The notes below the pieces were generated by a model that saw only the letters and a program-made list of their open reading frames with translations, was not told where the DNA came from and ran no database searches. 64,000 nucleotides of DNA from Paragordius varius. Taxonomy: Eukaryota; Animalia; Nematomorpha. Made by a program: the position numbers and the translations under genes. Location: contig OZ176056.1 in assembly GCA_964247055.1 (NCBI GenBank), positions 930,001 through 994,000 on the forward strand, in the 5' to 3' direction. Shown here in pieces: positions 37,501-52,200 of the stretch; the first letter of the stretch is position 1, and the number at the start of each line of letters is the position of its first letter.

Positions 37501-40500
37501 ATAATCGGTTAACTGGCATAGGAGCTAGGGATTTAAAATGTAAAATCAAGTATAAGTTTATTTTCAATAAAATAAATTTTATTAATTTTTAAGAAATATT
37601 TTGTAAATATCTCCAAAAAAAACTAAATATTTACCCGTAATGAATGGGGGTACTGTCAAGACTTTAGAAAAATATTTAGTTTCTTTTTCTTTTTTAGAGT
37701 TTTGTTCAGATGCATTTTTATTAGTAGTATGGTGTGATTCAACAATAAAACTGGTTATAAATGAACAATTATAGAGGTATCCTGTATATTGTATATCAAC
37801 TTCAAAAGTTATATTTCGATTTGTCGAATAAAATTTGGTAAAATTTTCCAAGTTTTTTTTATTTTCCGGACATGTGTCATTTAGAGATTGAGATAAGGGT
37901 ATTGGTATGATTTTGTGAAAATAATGTTTTTTTACGTTGATATGTGACATTTTTTCCGTTAAAACACCGTGTCGCCTTTGTTTAGGTTTTGAAATATTGC
38001 AATTCATTCTAACAAGAAAAATAATAAATTTAAAAACCATTTTTCTAAAACCTTTTTTTAAAAACCGTTTTAAAAATTAATAGTGTTTTCAAAATTTAAA
38101 TTTTAAATACACTAAAAAATAATTATTTTTTATAAAAATGTAAAATTATATATGATTTTAATGCAAAACCCGTATTTAAATAACAAACTTACTCTAGAAC
38201 CAATTTTTCTGTATTATAAGTATTGGAATTTCTAGGGATATTTTTCCGATCACATATACATTCATCCAAAGGTTGGGCCAAATTAAACTGATATTTATAT
38301 TTTTGAAATGGATAAAAATTGTTCATTATTGGTGTATCGGGCTCTAAATATTTTGAATAATATATATTATATTTTGAAATTTTTTTTGATAATTATATTA
38401 ATGGATAGTTACATTAATAAAAAAATTATTTTTAATAGTCCATATAAATCCGATATATCATTTAATTACAAAGTTATTTTAAAATTTATATTTTTATATT
38501 ACTTTGATATTTACTCAATTTTTAATCAATTATATTTGAAACTTCCTTTCTTAATTATATTAATTCTTAAAATAATATTCTGAAAAAGTAAATATCTGCA
38601 ATTTATAATCAAATTTTAATTATAAACGCTAATTATTTTATCCAATGTTTTTAAAAAAAAGTAAAAACTAAAAAAGATAAAATAACTCACCAAGTACAAA
38701 ATCAATCACATTTCTATTTGAATAATTAAAATTTTCAGGTTTTTTGATGTCCAAATGAATGGTTTTATCTTGAAATGCACCATTTTTTCCCGTTTTTTCA
38801 GCATTAATGATTCTTTCAATACTAAGACTGTACGTACAGGCATATGGTAAGTTTGGTTTATAAATTTTAATTGGCTCCTTTAATGCCAATAAATTACCAT
38901 GATTAAAATCCAATATAATGGATTTGTGTTCTAAAGTAAAAGAATCAATTTTTGGTGAGATTTTATTGAGATTTTCAAAATTTCCATCGGTTGTTGTGTT
39001 CCAAACTAAATGGCCTTTTTGCCAAATCAAGATCTAATAAGAAGAGGGCATAGAATTTTGTTAAACAACTTTTTTATGGGTATTGAAATTTCGAAAAAAA
39101 AAAGTTTTTTTCCCTACGAAACAAATGAGAAACGTCTAAAACAATTCAAATGGAAATCGATAATTGATAAGGGTAAAATTATGCTTTTAAATTAGGAGAT
39201 CAAAAAACAAAAGTTTTGGCTATTCATTGATTTTGTTAAATGAATTTAATCATGCATGATTAAACAACTTTTTTATGGGTATTAAGATTTCAAAAAAAAG
39301 TTTTTGTTCCTACGAAACAAATGGAGATTCAACGTACAAAAAATAATAATTTTCCAATAATGGATAAATTATAAAAGTAGATTTTTCTTTTAACAAAACT
39401 ACAAGTCAGTAACTATTCTTTTTAAAACATACAAATTAGATTTATAGTTATAAGGTATCAAAGCTGCCAAATATATAAATTATAAAGATTACCAAATTAA
39501 ACCATAAAAACCAGAGTTAATTACGTTAGAAGCAGTTTTTATCAAGAAAAAGAAAACTTTTAGAAATTATTTAAAAATATTAAACACTGCAACACTTGGA
39601 TGAAAAAAAGAGTTAAAAACCAATTAAATCATAAAATTTATGTCCCTCTCAATAAAATTTTCACTCTATACGATACAGAAACTTGGTTAAAATCAAATCT
39701 TTTTATTCTTGATTCTAATAGTAATTTTAATTTTATAGTTATTCCCAGCCCAGTTTGGGGTATATATTGCAAGATTTGACATATATACCATATAATGAGT
39801 CGTAAATTGGCACGTATCTCTAGGTATCGTCCAATTCAATTGCATTATTCGTAATGATTCCGTTGAAAGCTGGCTTAATTTCATATCCATTATTTGAGTT
39901 GGTTCTATAAACAATGTTGTTTAAAAATAAAAAAAAGTTAATTTAGTATTTCATTTTAAAATAAAATTTCTTTTTTTTTAAAAAAAAGAGATAAAAATTT
40001 TTACTTGTCCATATGAAAAGATTGTGAGTTTGGGTTAATGAAACATTCTCAAACACATCAAGTTGCACGTAATATTGTGTACAGGGCGAAAGATCTGACA
40101 ATGTATAACTGATTTCTCGACTATAAATATAAATTATTGATGATTCATTATAATTACAGAAATTTAATTTTATATGGACAAAATGTGGAGACTAAAAGTT
40201 ATAAATATTTTAATCAGTCATATTTTTACAAAACGTTGATTAATTTTAACATTATATCCTATCAGGGGAATAGCGATAATTGGTAATAAACTCAATTTTA
40301 CAAAAGAATAAAAATTAAGGATAAATTTATTGTTTTCTTTATGAAAAAAAAATTAAATTTGTTTTGATATTTTGAGATATAAATTTAACTGTATTTCAAA
40401 AAATAAAATAATTTAAATATTTATTTAAACTTAAATCTGTGTTGTTGATAAAAAAAAGTTATAAATTGGCAATAAACAAGTTTATTTCCAAATAATTTAT

Positions 40501-41066
40501 CAAAAAAATATTAACTAAAAAAGTTAAAAAACTGTAAATAAAAATGTTTTTGAAAAACAAAAACTATTACTTTTTAAAAAATCGATTTTCAATCGTTTGG
40601 AGAGGTGTGGAAACGTTCAAGAAATAAAACAGAGCACTAGTGTAAGGTGAAATATATTTTAGCGTTAATGTCCAATCTATGGTAAAGGCGTTTTGTGAAA
40701 CATTAACGATAATAATTTCAATTTTTTTATCGGAAAAATTTGTTTTTAAAGTTTGATTTTTTTGTTTCCAATCAATCGAGATATCTTCCATTACATTATC
40801 GTGAGCAGAATAAATTTGGGCAAAATAATCATCTAAATTATTATTGTCTGACACCATGTTGTTTGATTCATTAATCATTAGTGGGTTTTTAATATCAATA
40901 TTTTTATTTTTATCATTATTTATTGTTTGAAGAATTAGAGTAGATTGATTTGCGGAATTGAATTCCAAGTTTGTAAGATTATTAAAGAGCCATGAAAGGG
41001 CAGATAAATTGGAAAACACTGTAGAAACAGAATACGTAAATATATTTAAAACAAAAATAATTATTT

Positions 41067-41104
<38 letters not shown>

Positions 41105-44100
41105 TAAAAAGTTAAGCAGAAAACGACTTGCAATTACGGTTTTCGAAAAAATGAATTTATTGGTTTTTAAATTTAAAATTTCCTCAATATTTTGGTGTGT
41201 CGTATTTTATTATAATTATTTAACGTTATATTCCTGTTTATTTATAACCAAAGGTTAAAAATCTGATTTTTTAAAAAAGCTCTAAAAATTTATCCAATTT
41301 TGTTTTAATTTTATTTCAAAATGTTTCATAGCTGGTTTACAAATGATATATATTTTAACACGATTAGAAAAATGGGTCTAAAAGCTTTATTTTTTTTTCA
41401 AAAAACCCACAACAGGTTGTGGTTTAAACCATATCGCTTTGAATTTTAGCGGTTATTATTTAGCGTTGTTTCAAATAAATTTAAAGTAAAAAACCAAATT
41501 AAACCAAAAAAAATTGTACTTTGATTAAAATCTAGGAAAGTGACGGCATCACTAAAAACCGGAAGAGTTTGATTCCACCATCCGCTCACGCTTTGAATCA
41601 CAAATTTTTGAGAAACAAATTTTTGAGGTGAAAAACTGTTTTTATCGTTTAAAGACATGTTCAAAGGTTCTTCTTTTAGATCTATCCGAGTAGCAATTTC
41701 TGAATACGGTCGTATAAATATGTGGGCTAAAGTATTGATATCTATAATGATAGTTAAGTAAAGATACTAATTTAAAGGCTAGCTTATATCACTAACATAT
41801 TAAAGTTTAATTTGTAAAGAAATGTATTTTAATAAGAATAGATTTTGGATTAAAAGTGTCTTAAAATTCAAGAGAATTCGAATATTTTATTATAGGTAAG
41901 ATCCCCTTTAATTCAACAAAGATTTTATTTGACATTTTATATATTTATAACTGTTACTAATTATTTTACCATTTTTACTAGTTCATTGCCGCAATTCGGA
42001 AAGATTTATTCATAAAATTTGTTTAAGCAAAATCATTTTATCAAGCAATTTTTTAAACTTTAGTTTTTAAAATTTCTCGCACGCTGATATTTTAAAGGGC
42101 CTCATGGGGCCCGCGGGATATATATGATAAATATGTCATTTAAAACTCATCCGCGTATATTTAACCATAAAAATTTAATAAAAAAACCTTTTTCTATGAT
42201 ATTTATTTTACCCAATTCATAAGCCTTCATAGATTTATGTACTATAAACGGATTCTGATGTGGAATACTAATTCGATAAGCATCAAATGAATTATCTAGC
42301 GCCGGTTCTTTCCAATCAACCGTTAAAGTGTGATCATGGTTTGAAATGCTAACTTGAGATATGACAGGGGGTAAGGGTTCTAACATATTTTTAAAATATT
42401 TTTTAAAAAAATGATAATATTTTCTTTTCTGATAATATTTTACTAAGTCTTTTGTTGTTCAAGCGTAAATTTTTTGGATATTAGTCGCAATATATCTAGG
42501 ATATTACATAACTATTTTTGATATTATAATATTACGCATATTGGTACAAATTTTGTACTCTGAAGATATCTAAGTGTTAATAAACCAGTTAATTTTAAAC
42601 CAATTTTTCACATTGTTTAAAACTTTTTACTAATTGATTAATTAATTAGGGCGTTTTTCTAAAATTTTTTATAATTTTAAAAACATGTTTCAATTGGTTT
42701 AGATTTAAATTGCAACTTTGTTGCATTTATAAATTTTGAACAGAAATTCAGTGATTGGCAAAGACAATAAAAAAGAGACAATGTAAAACAATATGAATAT
42801 GAAAAGGTGTAAAAAAACTTTTTTAATAAACAATGAAAAGGCATCTTTGATTGAATTTTAAAGAATGAAAGGTATAAAATCAAACAACAATATAATATAA
42901 AAGAACCAAGTAAAAATAAAAAAAGTGGTGGAAAATTCCTAATCAAAATCAACAAAAATAGTTTTAAACAGTAAAAAAATTATTATTATTTAAAAAGCAA
43001 ATATAATATAAATATATTTTTCAAATAAAAATTTTAATTAAGCTGATATAAATTCGGCTTTAAACAAAGTGTTTAGAGTAAATAAGAAAAAAAAGTTTCG
43101 AAAGATGAAAAATAGGTGACGAAACAACTTTTTTGTAAAGTTTTAATGAAAAACAAAAATCAAAAAGATTATATAATAATAATTAAAAGTTGACAATTAT
43201 CACGCTATGAATAAATGAATATATATAAACAAATGTAAATCGAATGAATTCTAAACTAATGGCAAAAAATTATTGAAACCATTTTAAAAAATTATTTAAG
43301 CAAGTATTTGTCTTAAATTTTGACAATAATAATTAAAGTTAGTTTTGTACAAAATTTTATATTTGTCCCACTTTGAGAAACATATGGCACAAATATTTTT
43401 TATTTTCGTCATTTGGCTTTCATTATGGAATTAAAAGAATATTATGTGTAATACTTTCACTATATAATGCTAAAAAATTAGTATTTAAAATATTTTCACA
43501 ATAAATATTCTTGACAAAACTAAAAATAGCTTCTATTAACACTTCGATTTAAATTGGGGTTTCTAAATACCCCACACTAAATTTGAGTTAGGACTAAAAA
43601 CTACATGCCAACATATCTAAATAAAATTTTGTTTGAAAAAAATGTTCCATGTCAAACTACTTCGTCGCCATTTTTATTTTAATTTTTGCAAAATATCGTC
43701 TTCATTCAATATTAAGGGTAAAATTAAAGCTAATTTTTATTTAAATTACATCTAACATTAATAGAAATAAAAAAAGCGGTTTAATTTGTATTATTTTTCA
43801 ATTTTACCATTGCACACATGTCGCGTTGACCAAATTTTTACCTTTCGGTTTTAGCTTTAAATAAGTAATATAAAATATTTTAAATAAATTTTTTTATATA
43901 TTTCGGTTTATTAATATTATATAAGTGCAAAATTTTGCTATGGTTTCGATTCCTTCCATATTTTTTAACGAATTTAATTTTAAACAGGCCTGGGGTATTT
44001 AACTACCCCAATTTGAATTGAAGGACTAAAATGATGTATTCAAGTGTTAATTAAATTTCAAAATGATATATACTTGTTCGAAAGATATAGGTAGTTTCTT

Positions 44101-45613
44101 GTTGTCCGCCATTTTCTAAATTATCGTCTGCATCTGCCCATTTTAGGGTAGTTGCATTAATGAGATCATTACGCATGCGCACAATATTGATTTTTTGAGA
44201 TGGTATATTAGTCGAATTTTCTGGGTTTTCAAAACCGAAAAATTGTGGTTTAAACAAAGTAACATTTTTGTCATTTATATTTTCAAGCGGTTCTATCGTT
44301 CGATGTAAACAAACATGTCGCCAACAAGGTTTTACCCGGATGGCGTATAATTGACCTGGGTTTGGGTTCAAAAGCACACTACTTTGCACGATATATGTTG
44401 CATTTAAATTTTTATTGCTTTGCCCATTGACATCTGAAAGTTTAATATTTTAATTTTTATTGCAAATATTTAATAGAGCTGTCTCCCTGATAAAGAAGTT
44501 TTTAAATACCACCTATATATAAAATTTCTATATACTTAATTTTTAGTAACTACCGTTAAAAGTGGTAATTTTTAACACACATATATTTGGCCATTTTAAT
44601 TAGTCCAACGGGTATAACAAAATATATTTAATCATAATTCAAATTTTTTGGTATAATATAAAATATAAACGTCTAAAAAAGGCATTAAATGGCTAGAAAT
44701 CAATCATGACGGGAGCCTTATTTTTATGAAAATTTGTTGCTAAATTTGAAACAAATCAATCATGTTCCATTTTTTCATGTGCCAAAATTATACCTGTCGC
44801 GTCTAGAAGATCATAAAACAGGTGTTGGTTCGTATCCAAATTCCAAATTTCAACTAAGAATGATAAGTGAGTTTTTAAAGAAAATTCATTGAGAATAAAT
44901 AAGTCTTGATCTTTTAATACAACTGATAAATTAATTTTTGGTAAGTTGTGGCTTTGAGCAAAATGAGATCGGCTGCCATTATTTAAGATATCGGAATGTT
45001 GGTATATTATTTCGAAAAAATATGGAAATTTTATGTTTGCCTGGTTAGATGGACAAATATAATCAATATTTTTGCTGTCAAATATATTTTTGTCATTCTG
45101 AGTGTAATTTACATAATTTGGAGGGGTACTTAAATCACGTTCCCATTCAGAAGAATTAAATATAAAATGTTGTGGTAATAAAAAATTTTTGGTTTCTAAA
45201 GTGGAAGATTTATTTATAACAAAATAAATGAGATAATTTGAATAAATGCTGCTTGGAATAATAGGTGATTCTATAGATGTGAAATGCGACGAGAGATCAG
45301 TTAAAATATATGGCAGACAAGATATATAATTATATAAAGTTAAAAAACTATGACTATCATCATTAATCGTATATAATGGAAAAAAATTTGTATTAATATC
45401 TTTAAATAAAGTTTTTTGACTAAAATTATTTTTAGTATTGTAAGAATTTATATCTAAATTAAACTGATCCACCCCCTGAACGTACCATTTCAATTGGATA
45501 GAATAGCTTGCTACATCATATTCCAAATAAACTATGGTATATACCAAATTGATAAAGAAACAAAATAGAAAAATAAAAATTTGCAAAAATTTCATAAAAA
45601 TTAAAAATCGCAC
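22592..45613 (-). CDS. Receptor-type protein tyrosine phosphatase, R3 subtype (PTP10D/PTPRB-like): signal peptide, many FN3 repeats, one TM helix, single catalytic domain, about 2,939 aa. 32 exons: 45613-44794, 44433-44074, 42379-42212, 41741-41520, 41018-40571, 40120-40005, 39904-39789, 39033-38691, 38343-38193, 38008-37635, 37524-36711, 36614-36541, 36444-36336, 35937-35657, 35257-35139, 34488-34406, 34305-34139, 33428-33301, 32724-32556, 32154-31399, 31197-30796, 30478-29858, 29489-29214, 28485-28353, 27634-27392, 27036-26931, 26223-25990, 25657-25523, 25199-25026, 24576-24417, 23566-23222, 22764-22592
   Basis: All junctions are GT-AG with matching phases. Features: hydrophobic N-terminus [20 protein letters not shown]; FN3 motifs ([56 protein letters not shown]); R3 juxtamembrane YNGPL...VKLRAY; [26 protein letters not shown]; catalytic motifs [78 protein letters not shown]. 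Confidence 0.92.
26337..26638. mobile_element. MITE family A (CCATTTACA...TGTAAATGG, TATA-flanked, subterminal 20-21 bp repeats), reference copy
   Basis: TATA|CCATTTACAATACAAATTCACCC...GGGTGAATTTGAACTGTAAATGG|TATA. Confidence 0.82.
27659..27955. mobile_element. MITE family A copy
   Basis: CATTTACAGTTCAAATCACCC...GGGTGAATTTGAATTGTAAATGG|TATA. Confidence 0.75.
28520..28821. mobile_element. MITE family B (Tc1/mariner-like, CAGT...ACTG, TA TSD, TIRs of about 70-90 bp), reference copy
   Basis: TA|CAGTAAAAA...GGACAAAACG...AAAGACAAATATTTTT...AAAAATATTTGTCTTT...CGTTTTGTC...TACTG|TA. Confidence 0.85.
30541..30762. mobile_element. MITE family A copy, left end degenerate
   Basis: Core and right TIR GGGTGAATTTGAATTGTAAATGG|TATA. 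Confidence 0.7.
34510..34757. mobile_element. MITE family A copy
   Basis: TTCACCCTTGAACAATTC...GGGTAAATTTGAATTGTAAATGG. Confidence 0.7.
43540..44046. mobile_element. MITE family C copy in a PTP intron
   Basis: TTAA|CACTTCGATTTAAATTGGGG...CCCCAATTTGAATTG...AAGTG|TTAA. Confidence 0.8.
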
Positions 45614-46286
45614 ATGAAAAAATATGAATGTGTGATTTTCTGTAAGGATATAAAAAATTTTAAATTTTTATTGTTTTTAATAAATAATATTAAAATATAT
45701 TAGTTGTCTCCTAAATTTTAAATAATTTTATTATCTCCTAAAACTTTGGCAATAATAATATAGGTCATAAATATTTAAATTTAACATAATTTTTTCATTG
45801 TTAGAGGAAAGAATTATAAAATTAAAATAAATATTTGTTTAACATAAAATTTAATTTACTTTTAAAAACTTAGCTTAAACATTTTTGCTTTGAATCACAA
45901 ATTAAATTTAAAAAAAGCATGTTAACAAATTAAATAAATAATTAATACCCAAAATATTTTTAGGGCCACATGCGGACAGCCGGCCGATATTTAAATATCA
46001 CTGATTTAAGCAGTCAAAAAAAATTGTTTTCCCTACTTTGATATTGAGTATCTCAACCCAGACTATTAAGTTAATATTTTTAGAAAATTACTTATGGAAA
46101 CGGTACCAATTTAAATTTATGCCTGTATCCTAATTATATATATAAGTTAAAATATCTAAATAAAATTTTGTTTTGAAAAAAAAGTTCCATGTCAAACTAC
46201 TTCGACGCCATTTTTATTTGACACAATATTTGCAAAATATCGTGTTCATTTTAATTTAAAGGTAAAAGTTATCTAATCTCATTTAA

Positions 46287-46859
46287 CACTTGGATACAAC
46301 ACACTCATTTTAGTCCTTCGATTCAAATTGGGGTAGTTGGATACCCCAGGCCTGTTTAAAATCAAATACTTAAAGAAGTATGGAAGGAATCGAAACCATG
46401 ACAAAATTTTGCACTTATATAACATTAATAAACAGAAATATATAAAAAATTTAATTCAAAAATACTTGATATTACTTATTTTAAGCTAAAACCGAAAGGT
46501 AAAAATTTCGTCAACGTGACATGTGTCAAATTGTAAAATTAAAAAATAATACAAAATAAACCGCTTTATCTATTTCTATCAATGTTAAATTTATTTAAAA
46601 AATTAGCTTTAGTATTACCCTTAAAATTAAATGAAGACGATATTTTGAAAAGTTTTTTAAAATAAAAATGGCGTCGAAGTAGTTTGAGATGGAACTTTTT
46701 TTTCAAAACAAAATTTTATCCAGCTATTTTGGCATATATTAATAATTTTTATTAAGAGAGAAGCAATTTAAATTGGGACCGTTTTCTTCAATACTTTTAT
46801 AAAAATGTTAATTTAAATTTAGTCTGGAGTATTTAGATACCCCAATTTGAATCGAAGTG
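46287..46859. mobile_element. MITE family C copy in inverted orientation, nested in an older family C copy (about 46030-47127)
   Basis: TTAA duplicated at 46283-46286 and 46860-46863. The flanks join to rebuild the forward family C consensus ending AAGTG|TTAA at 47127. Confidence 0.78.
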
Positions 46860-47939
46860 TTAATTCAGATATAAAAATAGAGAAAGTTTTTTATTTTGCT
46901 TTTTTTATTTAGTCAATGCACACATTTCGGGTTGACTAATTTTTACCTTTGGGTTCCTATAAATAATTGATATCAATTATTAATTTTTTTTATAATCCAG
47001 TTTATTAATTGTATAAACGGCAAAATTTTTCTATGGCTTCGATTCCTTCCCTATTTTATAAAGTATTTAATTATAAATAGGCCCCAATTTGAATCAAAGG
47101 ATGAAATGAATGTGTTGTATCCAAGTGTTAACTCGATGTTAAAATAAGTTTGTTTTACAAATAACACCGATTATAAAAACGATTAAGTTATTAATATATC
47201 TATAAACACATAGGTGGCTTTCATATGCCTAAAATTAATAGAATCTGCAGAAATCAGTTAGATTTTATTAAATATAATCGTTGAGGTATTTCGTTTTAGG
47301 GTTTTTTATAAAAATTAGTGAAAGAGTTATAAATAGAATACGTTTGATACAAAACTGTGTTAAAATTATTTTACGCTTTAGCCCCATCTCACTAAATAAA
47401 CGAATTATATTTTTATTTGAAACTTTTTCGTATTATAAAGGGGTTAAACCAAAATTATTTTTAGTATTATCTCTCAAAAACATCCACAATTTAATTTTTG
47501 TAATATGGGCTTTAACAATTATTTTTATTGAATTTAACCATATAAGACTTTCTAAAAAACTCCCAAAAATATAATTAACTATTTTTTTAGGGCCGCGTGT
47601 TCAACACTCCTGTTCTAAGGCAGCTTTTTAAATTTTATTCTAAATTATGTACACTAAATATTTTATATGTTATTTTACTATTTTTTATATACCCTGTGGA
47701 TATCCTCTAGGTATTGTAGTTTATTTATTTATTGATATAATAAAAATTTTAACGATTCATATGGTAGATAAATTTGTTTGATACATTATTTATCCAATCT
47801 TTATTAAATTCAAAATTGTTTGATTAGTAAATTTTGTTGCAATTTAAAAAAACCATTAATAAAAATATCATCGGGTCTTGTTTGTACGCTACGAGACCGA
47901 AATTAGAAAGAAGAAAAAAATAGCTCTTTTCGAGAAAAA

Positions 47940-49207
47940 ATGCAAAAATTGAAATGTAAAAAACAGCTGAATATCAATATTTTGCCTATTTTCGAAACAT
48001 TAAGTAGGATCCTCTTGCCTTATTTGATTTTGGATTTATTATCTCTTTGGGCGCGTTTGATTCCCCATTGTTTAAAATTTTTGCTTAAACGGATTCCAAA
48101 ATGACACATATAAAAAACTATGTTAACAATTTTCAAACCAAATATTAAAATATAACCTACCCCCCTAATACATTTTTATTTTTATGATTTCCTAATATAT
48201 GTTACAATAAAGTTTCATAAAACAAAAATTTAGTTTTTATTGGAAATGCGTCGACTAAGCTTAACTCTGCGTGTGAACATCACAGCGAATGTATGCACCA
48301 TTTCTGTCGCCGTGGGTTTTGTCGATGTCCTCCTGCCACGTATGAGAAAAAGGGCGCCTGTCTTTTGGGTTTCAACTTTTAACATTTAATATTGTTTTAT
48401 GAATTTAAAATTGTTTTTTAAGTATTAAAATCCAATTAAAAACAATTAATCCCTTTTAAAAGCTAAAATTTAGTAATTAAAGATGATTAAATTAAACGTG
48501 AAAACCTAAAAGCAAAAAATAAAATAATTCCTACTAAGAAAATTAATAAACACTTAAGCATATTTTAAATTTCCTAAATATCAACAATAAAAAGTAAAAC
48601 ATACAGACAAAATGAAAAAAACATAAGGACAAACCTTTTTTTAAAAGACTGGTGTGCTTTTTTAAACATAACTCATTGTTTTAAATTGTAAAGTATGAAA
48701 TAATATGAATTATTAACACAATCAATTACATATTTTAGTTAAATAATTTATATAGGAAAAATTAAGAAAAAGATTGGCGGCCTTTTGATAAAATATATTT
48801 TTACGTATTTGCATAATTTCAATTTTTACAGTACTAAAAAAATTATTATAGAAACATTTTTACTAATATATCTCTAAATATAACGTAAAAAAGTTGCTCT
48901 ACAATAAAAAAATCGTTCTATAAATATTAATAAAAGACTTAAAACCCGTACATTTTTATTTTCGAATTATTATAAAAAACACAATTTTATAATTAATGTA
49001 AGGTTTAAAATTGAATCAACCATGCAAATATGCGTTACAATGCACTTCTACGATAGCACACAGCAATTGCCAAGAGTCTCACACATTGGTGAATATGCAA
49101 ACAAAATCGAAAACTGTAGGAGCTCAAAAAATTTGTTTGTGTGATAAAAATTATGAGAGTTTTGATGGATTTTGTCAACCAAGTTTCTACATACATATAT
49201 ATATATA

Positions 49208-49244
<37 letters not shown>

Positions 49245-52200
49245 AGACATATAAAAGGGGGGTTTATAAATGCCACATTTTTAAAAAAAACAAAGGGCTT
49301 TAAAGCATTTTATAGGAAATGTTTTGGACAGTTTTGATATAATAAAATCTATAATTATGCGGTTATATATAAACTATTATTTAAATCAGAAAATTTCTAA
49401 TACGCGACATTCCAAATAGGATCATCTACTTTGCAGTAAATGCTCATAAATTCTTGATAAAATCGATATATTTCTTAATATCTAAGTATGATTGGCAAGA
49501 GCTAGAACAGACATTCTTATGGTTGAAATCTAATAAATTATCATCAATGAATGCCGATATATATCTGAAATTCGGCTCGCGAAGCCATTTTTGTTAAACT
49601 AAAAATATAGAGAGATTTGATATTTAGTCAATTACGAAACCAAAACTATTTAAAAGCTTGGTGTCTGTAGCAGCGTGCATCTAAGATCATATAAAAATCA
49701 ATATTTTCATATATTTGCTATTATATGTCTATTATTGACTTTTGGGCTCCCTGTGCCAAAAATTTGACTCGATTGTAAATTTTACTGTATATAAATTCCT
49801 AACATATCTAATTTATACATTCTACATATAAATTTGTTTAATTATAACATAATACTATAATTTAAAACATGGTTAATACAATTAGTTTACCCGGATATCT
49901 ATTCATGTTTGGTGTCTATTGATTTTACAGTAGAAGCTAATATGTCTCAACAGCTCAAAGGCGAATTAACTGAAGAAATTATGTTTCTTAAACGATTAGA
50001 ACATCAAGTATATCAATAAATATCATAGCTAAAAACCCATTTAGTTTTTGATAATATGTATCCTATTATATCTATAGCTAGATGCCAATTTCGGAACTCA
50101 TTTGGAGAAATATTTAACCGTACGGGTTAATTTTAAGTGAGCCTATTTGATTTATTTTGTATCAAGGGTTAACTTTTATTGAAATTAATGATTATTATTA
50201 GAGGATAATTGTTGTTTTAAATTTAAAAATTTAAGAAATGAAATTATAGAGTTCTAATATGGCGTCAGGAAACCTAAATTTATATATACCATTTACAATT
50301 CAATTAACCCTCGAACAATTCAAATTCACCCTCAAATAAATATGTTTTTTAAGATTAAAAATTACCTATATTTATATATATTTTTAAAAAATAAAATTTT
50401 GTTTAAAATCAAAATAATACTGAAAAAATAATAAATTATGCCATAAAAATATATTTTATATTTATAATAAGATATAGAAGTTCAAACAGAATTTATTTTT
50501 AGAGCGAATTTGCATTGTTCAAGGGGGAATTTGAATTGTTCAAGGGTGATTTTGAACTGTAAATGGCATATATATATTACAATTTGGAGAATCCTTCTTT
50601 TGACTAACATTGTATATTAATCATAATCTTAACCATAAAATTTCAATTTATATTAAAGCAGGAAAGTCTATAAATATATATTCCTACCTGACAAAATAAT
50701 TAATATAAATCACTATTGAAACCGAGACAGTTATTTTGATTTAAAAACCGTCAATCTAAAAATGTTTTGAACCCGTTTTTGAACAATACCGCGCTTGCAA
50801 TCAATCGATTTTTAATTTATGGTTTTATTTTTTTTTCATAGTGAAAGTACAGACCATATGGAATTTCGAATTTTCTTTAATGATCTTTATACTGATCCCA
50901 CTCTCCAATTAAAAACCATGTTTGGAGAGAAATTTAGCATTAAGTTCCATGGGAAAACTATTTTGCCTTTAAACCTTACCATTACCATCATAAAAGGTTA
51001 ATAATATCTCAAAAAACTCTAAATATATTTTAAAAATCCAAATCCCGCTTTTGTATAGTTTATAGGGATTAAAACCGAAATCCGATTTTTAAATCCGTTT
51101 TGATACTAAAAATAGTTTTACAAGTAAAATTTATTTTGTATATCCACATTTTCATAATATTTTAGCCTTTTTGTTTAAAAGACTAAACATAGTAATTCAG
51201 AAGAAAGTAGCATATAAGCCTATTTATATGACTATCTTTTCAGTAATCGCCTATTGAAATATCTAGGGGGGGAAGGAGCAAAAAATTTCGAAAAACAATT
51301 TTAAATTTAGGTTAATAAACATAATGTGTAATATTATTCAATAATTGGATAAAATAAATTTGATTACTGTAAATTAGTATCATTAGATTGTTGGATTCCC
51401 ACATATTGTAACTAATTATTTTTTTTACTGGTTCTTACTAAATATTATATTAATGAGGATATCAGATGTATATTATCAAGATTTGTCCCAACAGAAATAT
51501 TATTTTAACAATTAAATATAAGAGGATATCTATCATTGATTGTGATTTTTACAATAATAAATAAATTGTGCATTTTTATATCAGTTTTTTGGAAGGAGGG
51601 AGGGGTGTGAGGGCGCAAGAATATTTTTTTCAATTTAGTTAGCCATGAACAAAAAAAAGGTTTGGAACCATTGGTCTATTGAAATTGAATCGAATACAAC
51701 ATTAAACTAAAATATAAGTGATATGATGTTATATAATATGCAACAAAACATAACTCTATTTTATATATTACTTTGCTATTCAATGCATACTTATAATACT
51801 TTTCTGTTATTAATATTTTACGTGACATGTTATATACTACGTGACTGTTTTATAAATGCACACTCATCATTCTTAGAAATTTGTATATGTTAATGCACGA
51901 TAAAAATATATAATAAGATCCGTATACATTTCTCGGAATTAAATTTAACCTATATAAACAACAAATTCTTTAAGTCCATTGCATTACTGTGTTTTCCCAT
52001 TATTGTGTTATAATAAATTATACCCAACTGATATTATTTGGCGACGAGAAAAAAAATTTATTCTGCCTAATGGAAAATCCCGGAGATACATCATTTAGTA
52101 ATGCACAAAATCCTCTAAATCGAATAATTCTTGAACCATTTGACGAATGTTACAATTTCAAAAATTATGTCAAGCACATAGAAAGGGTACTCGCGGCATG

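Noticed and set aside
39600-39788. Apparent frameshift or non-canonical intron in the PTP ORF 39693-39914
   Set aside because: The canonical donor ATG|GTATAT at 39789 joins in phase 0 to exon 39033 and gives a sensible FN3 strand (THYM|ILIW).
35002-49250. ORFs at 35002-35322, 37119-37301, 38308-38583, 39010-39195, 42677-42955, 47281-47574 and 49035-49250
   Set aside because: Antisense shadows of real exons, or AT/(TA)n-driven I/Y/F/K-rich spurious frames.
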